NCBI GenBank assembly: GCA_963845535.1
Contig: CAWJSK010000023.1
Span: forward strand, 1 to 64,000
Reading direction: 5' to 3'
Length of the DNA stretch: 64,000 nt
From: an uncultured Spirochaetota bacterium
GTDB lineage: Bacteria; Spirochaetota; Spirochaetia; SZUA-6; Fen-1364
Made by a program: the position numbers and the translations under genes. Below, one piece after another: positions 20,128-29,607 of this stretch (position 1 is the first letter of the stretch; each line of letters begins with the position of its first letter). Under the pieces are notes generated by a model, which saw only the letters and a list, made by a program, of their open reading frames with translations, was not told the DNA's origin and made no database searches.

Positions 20128-20882
20128 CTTTGACGGACGCGCAGGCTCGACAGGTGGACCGCTTTGCCCGGCACGCGGGGCGGGGAATACACCGCTTTCA
20201 CATGATTGTTCCCGGAGACAAGGTGCTGATCGGCGTCTCGGGTGGCAAAGATTCCCTGGCCTTGAGCCTTGCCCTGGCGGAGCGGAAGAAGTGGGTCCCC
20301 GTGGACTACGAGCTTTTCGCCATGCAGATCGACTGGCGTGAATACCCTCTTGACGAGGTGGAGAAGCAGGGCATCGACAGGTTCTACGCCGAGCTCGGCA
20401 TCCCGCTCCGACGCGTAGCGGCGTCGATCTGCCCGCCGACGTTCAAGAAGAAGTTCAGCTGTTACACGTGCTCTCGCAACAGGAAGAGACTCCTTTTCGA
20501 TGAGGCCGCGCGGATCGGGGCAACTCGCATTGCGTTGGGCCATCACCTGGACGACATCGCCCATACCACTCTCATGAACCTGTTCTTTCATGGGGAGTTC
20601 GCCACCATGATGCCAGTCCAGCAGTTCTTCGGCGGCAAGCTCTCGATCATCCGCCCCCTGTGCGAGGTGAGGGAGACCGAGGTGACACGGCTGGCTTCCC
20701 GCGTTCCGCTTCCGGTAGTCCACCCGCGCTGCCCGAACGCGGAAAAGAACCAGCGCTTGCTGATGAAGGACATCCTCCGACAGGCGTCGCGCGTGGACAG
20801 GCATGCCGCCACGAACGTCTACGGGGCAGCCTGGAGGGTCAATCACGATTATCTCCCCTCGTCCCCGGAATCGCCCAAATGA
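20124..20882 (+). CDS. ttcA: tRNA 2-thiocytidine biosynthesis protein TtcA family
   Basis: PP-loop SGGKDS, CYTC, GHHLDD, IIRPL. Confidence 0.8.
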   Translation: MTLTDAQARQVDRFARHAGRGIHRFHMIVPGDKVLIGVSGGKDSLALSLALAERKKWVPVDYELFAMQIDWREYPLDEVEKQGIDRFYAELGIPLRRVAASICPPTFKKKFSCYTCSRNRKRLLFDEAARIGATRIALGHHLDDIAHTTLMNLFFHGEFATMMPVQQFFGGKLSIIRPLCEVRETEVTRLASRVPLPVVHPRCPNAEKNQRLLMKDILRQASRVDRHAATNVYGAAWRVNHDYLPSSPESPK

Positions 20883-21628
20883 TTTTGGCCATCATCAGCG
20901 ACATCCACAGCAACAAGGAAGCGCTGGAAGCGGTGCTTGCAGCCATCGCCGCCGAGCCGGTGGACACCATCCTGTGCCTTGGGGACATCGTGGGCTACGG
21001 CCCCGACCCGAACGATTGCGCGCGGGAGGTCTTCGCGCGCTGCGGCTCGATTGTCAGGGGAAATCATGACAAGGCGGTCGTTGGATTGATCGACCTGGAG
21101 TGGTTCAATAGCGCGGCCAGGGAGTCTGCGCTCTGGAACAGGAGGAACGCCTCCGATGAAACGCTTGCCGCCCTTCGGACGCTCCCCAAAGGTCCCGTGG
21201 AGCTGGATGACGGTGTGGTCATCTGCCACGGCACGCCGGTGGACGAGGATGAGTACATGCTGAGCTCCGCCGCGGTGGAGGAGAGCTACCGCTGGATCGA
21301 TGCCCGACAGCCGGGGACCATGTGCTGTTTCCACGGGCACTCGCATCTGCCCATGGTCATTGAGCGCCCAGGGCCCAAAAAGCCGGCCAAAGTGCATCGA
21401 AACGGAAGCGAAATCCGCCTGAAGGCGGGATCCGCGTACCTCATCAATCCTGGATCGGTCGGCCAGCCGAGGGATGGTAATCCGAGGGCGTCTTTTGGTA
21501 TATTTGACACCAAGAGCCTGGTGTACAGGAACCTGAGGGTTGCCTACCCCGTGGAGGAAACCCAACGGAAGATTTTGGCGGCGGGGCTTCCCGACGAGCT
21601 AGCGTTTCGGCTCGCCGAAGGGAGGTAG
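20879..21628 (+). CDS. calcineurin-like metallophosphoesterase (YfcE/MJ0912-like)
   Basis: SDIHSN, GDIVGYG, GNHD, HG, GHSH, NPGSVGQPRDG. Confidence 0.92.
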   Translation: MILAIISDIHSNKEALEAVLAAIAAEPVDTILCLGDIVGYGPDPNDCAREVFARCGSIVRGNHDKAVVGLIDLEWFNSAARESALWNRRNASDETLAALRTLPKGPVELDDGVVICHGTPVDEDEYMLSSAAVEESYRWIDARQPGTMCCFHGHSHLPMVIERPGPKKPAKVHRNGSEIRLKAGSAYLINPGSVGQPRDGNPRASFGIFDTKSLVYRNLRVAYPVEETQRKILAAGLPDELAFRLAEGR

Positions 21629-21644
21629 AAGGTGAGGAGGGGGA

Positions 21645-22088
21645 ATGAAATCGCAGCTCATGGAGGAAAGGATACGCCGTCTCACGGTGCTCTTTTCCGA
21701 GCTTAGCTTCCGCGTCATTGAGGACGAAAGGTCGCACAATGCGTATTCCGCCACGTTCGAGGATGACGACTCGTTCCAGGCGGGAGTCCTCATCGAGAGG
21801 GGAAGCAGGTTCCTGGAGCTGGCGTACTCCCTGACGTTCGCCCCTTCTTTCTCCCAGCTCATGAAGGGAAAGCTCGAAGAGATGCTCAAGACCTGCTACG
21901 AGTTCGGCTGCTACGTCAGCCTCCAGCAGACGGCGAGCGAGCTGAGCTTCTCGGTATTCTCCAAGATATATTATTCGGGACTGAACTATTACTCCCTGCG
22001 GGACACGCTGCGTGATTTCCGCGAGTGCGTCGGCGCCCTGATGGACTTGCTGGAGATGACCAAGAGCGGAGACACCGCGGATCAATAG
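21645..22088 (+). CDS. hypothetical protein (YbjN / type III chaperone-like fold possible)
   Basis: Strong RBS; acidic 147-aa protein with a beta-rich core and terminal helix. Confidence 0.65.
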   Translation: MKSQLMEERIRRLTVLFSELSFRVIEDERSHNAYSATFEDDDSFQAGVLIERGSRFLELAYSLTFAPSFSQLMKGKLEEMLKTCYEFGCYVSLQQTASELSFSVFSKIYYSGLNYYSLRDTLRDFRECVGALMDLLEMTKSGDTADQ

Positions 22089-22369
22089 GTCTCGGAAAAG
22101 ATCTCCGCGCTTTCCAGCCTTCCCTCCGCGTGGTTCTCAACGAGCGCAAGGGCCTTCTGCAGAACCGACTCCCCGAACGTCTTCGAGTTGGATACCAGGG
22201 CTGCCCCGATATGCGCGTAGTGAAGGGAATCCAGCAAATCCACCTCGGCAACCGAGACCCTGAACTTCCGGTGGAGCTTCTCCTTGAGGGAGGAAACGAT
22301 CCTCCGCTTCTCCTTGATGGATTCGATGGGGGGAAGCTCGATGAGAAGCTGAATCATTGACACGACCAT
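22082..22369 (-). CDS. DUF503 family protein
   Basis: SIKEKRRIVSSL..KL..KF.VSVAEV motif. Confidence 0.88.
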   Translation of the reverse strand: MVVSMIQLLIELPPIESIKEKRRIVSSLKEKLHRKFRVSVAEVDLLDSLHYAHIGAALVSNSKTFGESVLQKALALVENHAEGRLESAEIFSETY

Positions 22370-22373
22370 TTCG

Positions 22374-23498
22374 TCACTCTTTCTCCACGAAAGAGCGAAT
22401 ATCGTCAATGCCCAGCGCAGGGGCCTGCTCTTCCTGCGCGCTCCCCCTGTCCTTCAGGGGCAGGAAGACGCCGTTGTAGAGGCGCGCCAGCTCGAACACG
22501 TCCTCATCCGCGCGGCGCTGAGGGATCTTCACCTCGAGGTTGTACCCGCTTTCCTCCATTCCCCGCTTCATGACGTGGATGGGATCCGTGATGTCCAGGG
22601 CGAACCGCGGGCTGTACAGCAGGAGGTAGGCGAGCACGCTGAGAACGATGGCCACGAAGAATACGATCCCCTCCCTCGCCGCGGCCTGGGAAACGGGCCT
22701 TCCGTCGAAGAACGACTCCACCCCATTCACCGTGAAGTACTCGTAATCCCCCGCCAGGAAGTTGGCGGAATAATAGGAGTCATCGTAGCGAGTCCAGCCT
22801 GTCTGTCCGCCCGCCGGCCTGACGACGAGCAGCGTGGAATCGAAGGCTGCCAGCGTCCGCGCCCGCGCGGCCACGGCGGCGGGATCCGACAGCCCCTGCC
22901 CCAGATAGCGGGCGTGCTCGCTCTGAGCGCTCAAGAACGGCCTTTCCAGGCCGGGAAGTATCCCCAGGCCGGCAAGGAGGTTGGCCACAAGCACCCATGC
23001 AACGAGCACGGTAACGCTGATGGTCGTGATGATGGCGATATGTCTTTGCGCCAGGGGAGAGCGCGCGTAGCGGATGCGTCGGAACAGCTTCACCACCCGA
23101 AGGAGCCGCAGGATCCGGGCAATCCGCACGGCTTTGATCACTTTGAGCACATTGAGGAAGCTCCCAAAGCCGGTCAGAAGGCCGGCCCCGGCCAGCAAGG
23201 CCAAAACGCTGGGCAGGGAATTGAAAAGAAGAAGAGGGACGGAGGCGATGAAATCGATCCACCCTCTCTCACGGAAGAAGTAGTCAGCCACGCGTCCGCT
23301 GATCAGCGCGAAGTACAGCCTGCTGAAGAACTCGATCGTGAAGATGACGTCGATCACAAGACCCGCCCAGATGATCCAGCGCCGGGCGGCCACGGTCCAA
23401 CCCGCCAGGATGGAGAAGTCCTCGAGGAAAGTGTGCGCCAGCGCAACGATGATGACGACGACCACGAGTGACTCGAAAAAATCTCCGATCTTCTTCAT
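22374..23498 (-). CDS. Ion_trans/voltage-sensor-like membrane protein with C-terminal HAMP-like segment
   Basis: S2 FTIEF, S3 WIDFIASVP, S4 KVIKAVRIARILRLLRVVKLFR, then two TM helices and ITDPIHVMK…EDVFELARLYN. Confidence 0.75.
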   Translation of the reverse strand: MKKIGDFFESLVVVVIIVALAHTFLEDFSILAGWTVAARRWIIWAGLVIDVIFTIEFFSRLYFALISGRVADYFFRERGWIDFIASVPLLLFNSLPSVLALLAGAGLLTGFGSFLNVLKVIKAVRIARILRLLRVVKLFRRIRYARSPLAQRHIAIITTISVTVLVAWVLVANLLAGLGILPGLERPFLSAQSEHARYLGQGLSDPAAVAARARTLAAFDSTLLVVRPAGGQTGWTRYDDSYYSANFLAGDYEYFTVNGVESFFDGRPVSQAAAREGIVFFVAIVLSVLAYLLLYSPRFALDITDPIHVMKRGMEESGYNLEVKIPQRRADEDVFELARLYNGVFLPLKDRGSAQEEQAPALGIDDIRSFVEKE

Positions 23499-23500
23499 TC

Positions 23501-23547
23501 AGTCTCCTACCGTCTCCTACCATCTCCTACCAGTCTCCTGCCATCTC
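23501..23547 (-). repeat. four tandem ~10-bp GGTAGGAGA units in the 5' leader
   Basis: TCTCCT on the plus strand at 23503, 23513, 23523 and 23534, immediately upstream of the ATG at 23498. Confidence 0.85.
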
Positions 23548-23563
23548 TCAACCAGGGAATCCC

Positions 23564-24502
23564 TTACCAACTGTTCTCTGAGGCGATCGAGTACAGCTCA
23601 TCAAGCATCCGGGGATCCAGGCCCCGCCAGGAGGCGTTGCGCCGCGCAATGTTGAACCAGCTCTTGTCCGGGAAGTCCGCTCCCCGGTCCACCACGAGCG
23701 CCGGCGCAAGGGCGCGTCCCCGAAGGGCGAAAATCGCGGCAAGCCGGGCTGTGGCCTGCAAACCCTGCGTTGCAGGATAGGGAAGGGCCGCGCGGAGCGC
23801 CATCTGGACCAGCTCGGGCGGAGTGGCAGCAAGCTGGGCGGCAATGCCGTGGAACGCCCGCTGAAGAGCTTGCTCCTGGACAGGCGCAAAACCCGCTTCC
23901 GAACCGGACTGGACATCCGGCATGACGTGGAGGTAGGCCGCGGGCCGCACGAGGAGCGCGAAACGAAGGAGGTCCGCGCATTCCTGCGCGGTCAGGCTCA
24001 GGCGCTGCACCTTCGTCACTTCCACGTACGTGTACTTCCGTCTCTCCCAGATCCGCGGGATATACTTGTCCGTGACATCGGCGAGAACCGCGGAAAGGGA
24101 CCCGGAAAGCGCCCTTCGGCTTACCGGATGGTTCGCGCTCCGTCGGCACAGGGCAGCGATCTCTTCCCGCGACCTGGAAGGAGGTTGCCTGTTTGTGCCC
24201 AGGGCGGGGTAGAACGCAAACTGGAGTCGCTCCTCGACGGCTCGAAAGATCTCCCTCTCGAGCATTCCGTCGGCGAGTGACCTGATCTCCCGCACCAGGC
24301 GCTCAATGGTCTCCTGCCAGCCCGCGGCCGCGGCAATCCCCATCGAAGCCAGAAGCGGCTGCAGTTGGAGGCTGTTTTGCCTGAGGAACTGGAGAGCCTG
24401 CTCTTCCTTCTGGAGCGCCGGGAGCGCCCGAAGAGCGGGCGTTTCGAACATGCGGGAGATGAATCGCGGGATGGGATCGTTTCGAACGTCCATTTTCTTC
24501 AT
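23564..24502 (-). CDS. conserved hypothetical cytoplasmic protein
   Basis: Long ORF with host-like codon usage; conserved-looking C-terminus VDRGADFPDKSWF…ELYSIASENSW. Confidence 0.7.
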   Translation of the reverse strand: MKKMDVRNDPIPRFISRMFETPALRALPALQKEEQALQFLRQNSLQLQPLLASMGIAAAAGWQETIERLVREIRSLADGMLEREIFRAVEERLQFAFYPALGTNRQPPSRSREEIAALCRRSANHPVSRRALSGSLSAVLADVTDKYIPRIWERRKYTYVEVTKVQRLSLTAQECADLLRFALLVRPAAYLHVMPDVQSGSEAGFAPVQEQALQRAFHGIAAQLAATPPELVQMALRAALPYPATQGLQATARLAAIFALRGRALAPALVVDRGADFPDKSWFNIARRNASWRGLDPRMLDELYSIASENSW

Positions 24503-24521
24503 TTTCGGCCCCTGCAAGCAT

Positions 24522-24550
24522 TTGCATGAATCGGGTTTCCGGTGGATAAT
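24522..24550 (+). promoter_or_regulatory. sigma70-type promoter of the large OMP operon
   Basis: TTGCAT-N17-GATAAT, 9 nt before the in-frame GTG at 24560. Confidence 0.5.
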
Positions 24551-24559
24551 GCCGCCAGC

Positions 24560-27500
24560 GTGACCCGATACAGCGCCCTGACTGCCGCGTATGCTCTCCT
24601 GGCGCTCATCGCCGCTGTATCGGCGTACGGGCAGACCGTCTCTCTGCCGCAGCCCGAGGCCCCTACAACGATTTTCTCCTCGAAGCTGGGGAGCGCTGAC
24701 GTTGACCTCACCCTGCAAGGATCCTGGAACGCCAGCCTCGGGTTCACGACCGGGCTGCTCTTCGCTCCCGGCCTGCCCGTGCAAGCTTTGGATTCCTTCC
24801 CCGGTCTTGCCCCTGGCTTCGTTTTCACCCAGGCCCCCGACCTCACGATCTCCCTCTACCTCATGAGAAAATACTTCCTCGACGTGTCAGTCTTGAGCGG
24901 CGTGCAGAACAACACGATCCGCATGGGCTACAAAGGTGATTCTGACGAGGTGCTCAGATCCCTGGTCATCGGGAACACGGGGATCAGCATCCCGCCAAGC
25001 CCGTTCCTGGAAATCCCGGCCCAGCCAACAAGCTCCATAGGCGCATCCGCGGAGCTTGTCTCAGGCTCCTCCACCAACGATCTTCTCCTGCGCTGGGATT
25101 CCACGGCGATCAAGCACAAGACCTTCGTCGGGAAAAACGAGCTGATCGACCAGCACATCGGCGTGGAAAGCTATACGAAGGGGCGGTATTTCTTCCTGCC
25201 CGATGTAGGCATCGATGTGGGCAGCCTCGTCGTATACCTGGAAGACAAGTACGGGACGGTGATCGGGACAGACTCAGCAGGGCATGCAAGCACGTACAGG
25301 CTGGCCACTTTGACCGACGTAACGATCGACACGACGAACGGGCTCGTCTCCTTGAAAAGCGCGGTGAAGGGGAGGGTGGTCGTCTACTACACGGTGGGCG
25401 GGACCGCGGTGGGCGCTTCTACGATAGGGAACGCTGGTATTCCACGGAATACCGACGGAACCTTCAATTTCACTGCTCCGCTTCATTTCTTCTGGACGCA
25501 GTCATACATGACCTCAACTTTTCAGACAAGGCAGGTCAACCTGCAGGGAGTGGGCACGGCCTTGATGATCTGGCAGCCGGGCGACAACACTCCCTTCGAA
25601 ATCGACAACTCCTATGCTTTTGCCAATACTCCTCCTACTGATCCTTCGAAGATCGGATACCAGTTTGAGGCAACCGCGGCTGGCGCCCAAGTCCCAACGG
25701 GCTACGCGTTCAGAACAGTCATCGGGGAAAGCAGGTACCAAGTCCAGATGACCGCGCTCCCCCGCAATTTCCAGGATTTCTATCCTTTCTACGCGCTGGA
25801 TCCATCGAACCTCCTTTACGGCCCCAATCGGGACGAGCTTTCCGGCGAGTTCAAGTTCGACATGCACGTCCAGTTCGTTGCGCCGATCACCTCTTTCACC
25901 CTGGAGCAGAACATCGTGCCAGGATCCGTCCAGGTGACGATCAACGGCATCACCGAAACACGCTTCTCGGTGGATGCTGCGTCGGGCAACCTGACTTTCC
26001 AGGTGCCCATTCAGCCCACCGATCAGATCGATGTTACGTATCGATTGGCTGAACAGGGTCTTTCCGGCGGCGACATCCTCTTTGCCTGGGAAGACAAGAT
26101 CGACCTCAAGAACAACCTCTTCCTCACTTTTTCAGCCGGGCTGCGCTGGAACGCGGATCCATGGACTTTCACGCAGGAAGCATACTCGAAGTCCGGGACC
26201 GTGATCGCGGCCGCCGAGCTGCAGGGGAAGGAGAAGAACTATTCGTGGATGGCTCAAGGCGCCGTTTCATTCACCGACCCTGACACAACAGGAATCCTGC
26301 GCCTTTTCGGCATGGAAGGCAACGCAATCAATCTCGATATTTCCGAGGACCAGGCGTATCCTGCAAGCCTGCCGCTGTCGCAGGAATCTGCAATAGGCAG
26401 TCTCAGCCTCTCTCAATCCAATCGCGGATACCTTTATTACACCGATTTCCGTCAATATGGCGCTCTGGGCTCGTATACGCTGGAGCCGATCAATTGGTCC
26501 GGCGCGCCATCTCCTTTGCCGTACACTAACGGTTCCCGCATGGGGCCGTTCAACGTCCTTGGCAGTTCACAGGGGAGCACGAGCGGAACGAGCCTTGTCA
26601 TGCAGTATCAGCTCGACGCGAGCAACGTGTGGGTGGGGACCCAATTGCCGATATCGCCCGGCACTGATGTCGACCTCTCGAGCGCCAGGTCCATCACAAT
26701 CAGGCTCCAGGGCTACAACATCACCGCGCAGACCAATGTCTACGTGCAGATCGGAAGCATTTCGGAAGACCTGGACGGCAGCGGCATCCTGAAAGCAAAG
26801 GTGTCTTCAGCCGACGCTGGATTTCCTTTCACAGATTCGAATCCGAACCATGGTAACATCAGCCTTCTTGTCGGTGCCGGCCCAAAGCTTCAGGGCAACG
26901 GGAAGCTGGATTCGGAGGACCGAAACGCCAACGGCGTTCTCGACCAGGAGGACCCAAGCAGGGTCGTGACGATCGGCCCAACCGGGTCAACCGCCGATGA
27001 AACGGGGCCTTTGAGTCTCGCACCGGGCACCTCGGGTTGGACAGCGGTCACCGTTGCCCTCAGCGACCAGGACCGCGCCAAACTGCTGCAAGCGCGTGGG
27101 ATCAGAATCATTCTTGTGGCGAATATACCCGGGGGGAGCGCCTCTGGATACGTGCTCATCGATTCGATCTCCGTCGAAGCCACTCCGTTCTGGGTGAACG
27201 CCGCCCTGCCCCCTTCGACAGATCGTTCCAACATCACCGCCCAGGAAATCCAGGAGCAGTTCGCGCCAAGCGACCCCGGAGCGGGCAACCGACTCCCTGA
27301 CAAGTTCTCCCAGAAGCTCCAACAGTTCCACCCCAACGGCGAGGAGCAGGATGTTTTGGAAGTGCAGTGGGGATCTTCAACGGCAGTCCAGAATCCCTTT
27401 TCTGTTCGCGGATTCACAACACAGGGTACGGGAGGAATCAAGTACCAATCTGTGGTGGCATATGTGCGGATGCCAACACCGGCAACGCCCGGCACAACGT

Positions 27501-29506
27501 TCGATTTCACCTTGTACGACTCCGGCGGACTCGGCGTCCATTGGCAATTGAACGACACGGCGTTCGCCGGGAACGTATGGCATGAGATGAAAGTCTCCCG
27601 GATCGACAGCACGGTGAAAATCGACGGCAACACCGTTGGTCAACCAATAAAGTTCGACTCCACGACCGGCGACATCACTCAACTGCAGATAAGCGTGGCG
27701 GCCACGACCAGCTCGGCCAATCCGCCGCCGAGCCCAGGTCTTTTCTTCATCGACGAAGTGTACTTCACCGACCCGCAGGGCTCCTTCGGCGGGGCGTTCA
27801 CCGGCTCTTTTGCGGGGCAGGTCCCCGGGGTCGTGCTGAAAGCGGGCAACGTGGCAATCCTGTCCAACCTTTCGATCCAGCAGGATGTAACGGCGATGTC
27901 AGCGGGTTTCTCGTCTCTCTACGGCGTTCCCTCCGCGGCGGAAAGCATGTATTCGCGCACCGAGGTGGGCGGGGACGTGCTCGTCGCGCACGTCCAGGCA
28001 AACGTCACTGTCCGAGAGGCCGCGGGAAGCGTGGCGGCGTTCGGCGGCCACAAGGTGACCGTGCCGGCGGTCGTTGTCCCTCTCACCGTGATGGACGCTT
28101 TTTCCCTGGACGGCGGGGGAGGGTTCTCCCGGGAGGACAGGGTGGATCTTGGCCCGGTCGTCGCCACAACTTTTTCCGCGGACTCCCAGGCGGCGCTTGA
28201 TCCCACAACCGGCCTTCTGACCCAGACGTGGCTTGGGCACCTCTCCATCGCCCCGCCCATCCCGTTGAACCTCTCCTCAGACCTTCAGCTCTCCCAGTCT
28301 CTCCTGGGGTATGCGCTCAGCTCCGAGAACTACTGGACGCAATGGACGCAGGGTTTCGACCTTGTTGTTCCCTGGCAGGGCGGTCTCGACTACGCACGCA
28401 TGGAACGACTGTCCACGCGACTCGGAGTGCCCGCGACCCCGGTTGGATTCGATGTGGAGGCCAGCACACAGGCGCAGGGCAGCAACTACGCCTTGCCCGC
28501 GGCTCCGGGGCCGTACACGCAGGAGGACGACGCTCAGCTTTCCACTGCCTTGCTTTTCAAACTGGGCCAGGGTGATTCCACGCTCAGCGTCGGGTATAAA
28601 CGTCTTCTTTCCGTGATCACCACCCCCATGCCCGGGCCCCGATTCGTGGCGGAGACGGATCAGCTTCTCAGCGTGCTCTCCCAGCAAGGGTACATGCTCA
28701 CGTCGATTCCCGTGCTGGAGCTCTTCACGGACAACACCAGCGCCATACTTCCCATCTGGCAGAGCTACGGGGCTACCACTCAGGCGTCGTACAACCCGGC
28801 GTTCACTCTTGGCGTCAAGAGGAACTACGGCTCCCGGCTCCTCGATGTCTTCCTCCCCTCCAGCGCCGATCTGTCCGTGGGCCAGATGCTCCGGCTTGCA
28901 TCCTCGATTTCCGAAACCGACATCTACATCACGCTGGCAACCGCGTCTCACGCGGTCAACCTTTTCGGCAGGCTCGGTTCCATTCCGCGCCTGCCCATGA
29001 TCACAACGGATGAATACAGCATCAACCTGAGCGGGTCAGTGGCGGGAAACTCGGCCCAGAGCCTCCGCTTTACCGAGGCTACCGCTGTAGCATCAGCAAG
29101 CCTGCTGGGGGAAAAGGACACGGGATTGACGTTCGCGGACAGCTTCAAATGGGACCAGGACCCGACGACGCTGCAGATATCCCTCACAAACTCGGTGCTC
29201 ACGTATCTCGACTGGTCGGTGTTTCCCGACGGAGGAATCAACGTTCCCTATCTTTCTGCCGCCTTGGGGAAGGATGCGCATATCGCCCACCGGGAAAGCG
29301 GGAGCTTCGCCGTCAACTACAATCCCGGAAATGACTATCACCCCGCCACCATTCTGCTTGGACATGCAACCTCGCTCGTATTTCCTGAGCACGGCACCAT
29401 CAAGGGAAGCGTCAACGTGGGCGCTGACACCGAAACCGCGCTCACCCCGGGGCTCATCTGGAGGCTCGCCGTCAGCTTCGGAATTGAGGCCAAGCTGACT
29501 TTCTGA
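24560..29506 (+). CDS. very large outer-membrane protein, SprA (T9SS translocon)-like
   Basis: Signal peptide, amphipathic beta strands, terminal Phe. Motifs YKGDSDEVLRSLVIGN, NIVPGSVQVTING…FSVD..SG, GSISEDLDG and LDSEDRNANGVLD recall SprA in the same order. Confidence 0.6.
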   Translation: MTRYSALTAAYALLALIAAVSAYGQTVSLPQPEAPTTIFSSKLGSADVDLTLQGSWNASLGFTTGLLFAPGLPVQALDSFPGLAPGFVFTQAPDLTISLYLMRKYFLDVSVLSGVQNNTIRMGYKGDSDEVLRSLVIGNTGISIPPSPFLEIPAQPTSSIGASAELVSGSSTNDLLLRWDSTAIKHKTFVGKNELIDQHIGVESYTKGRYFFLPDVGIDVGSLVVYLEDKYGTVIGTDSAGHASTYRLATLTDVTIDTTNGLVSLKSAVKGRVVVYYTVGGTAVGASTIGNAGIPRNTDGTFNFTAPLHFFWTQSYMTSTFQTRQVNLQGVGTALMIWQPGDNTPFEIDNSYAFANTPPTDPSKIGYQFEATAAGAQVPTGYAFRTVIGESRYQVQMTALPRNFQDFYPFYALDPSNLLYGPNRDELSGEFKFDMHVQFVAPITSFTLEQNIVPGSVQVTINGITETRFSVDAASGNLTFQVPIQPTDQIDVTYRLAEQGLSGGDILFAWEDKIDLKNNLFLTFSAGLRWNADPWTFTQEAYSKSGTVIAAAELQGKEKNYSWMAQGAVSFTDPDTTGILRLFGMEGNAINLDISEDQAYPASLPLSQESAIGSLSLSQSNRGYLYYTDFRQYGALGSYTLEPINWSGAPSPLPYTNGSRMGPFNVLGSSQGSTSGTSLVMQYQLDASNVWVGTQLPISPGTDVDLSSARSITIRLQGYNITAQTNVYVQIGSISEDLDGSGILKAKVSSADAGFPFTDSNPNHGNISLLVGAGPKLQGNGKLDSEDRNANGVLDQEDPSRVVTIGPTGSTADETGPLSLAPGTSGWTAVTVALSDQDRAKLLQARGIRIILVANIPGGSASGYVLIDSISVEATPFWVNAALPPSTDRSNITAQEIQEQFAPSDPGAGNRLPDKFSQKLQQFHPNGEEQDVLEVQWGSSTAVQNPFSVRGFTTQGTGGIKYQSVVAYVRMPTPATPGTTFDFTLYDSGGLGVHWQLNDTAFAGNVWHEMKVSRIDSTVKIDGNTVGQPIKFDSTTGDITQLQISVAATTSSANPPPSPGLFFIDEVYFTDPQGSFGGAFTGSFAGQVPGVVLKAGNVAILSNLSIQQDVTAMSAGFSSLYGVPSAAESMYSRTEVGGDVLVAHVQANVTVREAAGSVAAFGGHKVTVPAVVVPLTVMDAFSLDGGGGFSREDRVDLGPVVATTFSADSQAALDPTTGLLTQTWLGHLSIAPPIPLNLSSDLQLSQSLLGYALSSENYWTQWTQGFDLVVPWQGGLDYARMERLSTRLGVPATPVGFDVEASTQAQGSNYALPAAPGPYTQEDDAQLSTALLFKLGQGDSTLSVGYKRLLSVITTPMPGPRFVAETDQLLSVLSQQGYMLTSIPVLELFTDNTSAILPIWQSYGATTQASYNPAFTLGVKRNYGSRLLDVFLPSSADLSVGQMLRLASSISETDIYITLATASHAVNLFGRLGSIPRLPMITTDEYSINLSGSVAGNSAQSLRFTEATAVASASLLGEKDTGLTFADSFKWDQDPTTLQISLTNSVLTYLDWSVFPDGGINVPYLSAALGKDAHIAHRESGSFAVNYNPGNDYHPATILLGHATSLVFPEHGTIKGSVNVGADTETALTPGLIWRLAVSFGIEAKLTF

Positions 29507-29607
29507 CGGGGTGACGGCGCGCGTCTTGATGCTGTCTTGATGCGCTTCGCTATAGTTTTCGCGGCTGCCAGGAGTTATAATCCTTGCACGGGGATAAGGA
29601 GGTCTCA

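Noticed and set aside
20124..20341. 218-bp same-strand overlap between the HD gene and ttcA
   Set aside because: One extra G at 20108-20113 gives an ordinary ATGA overlap.
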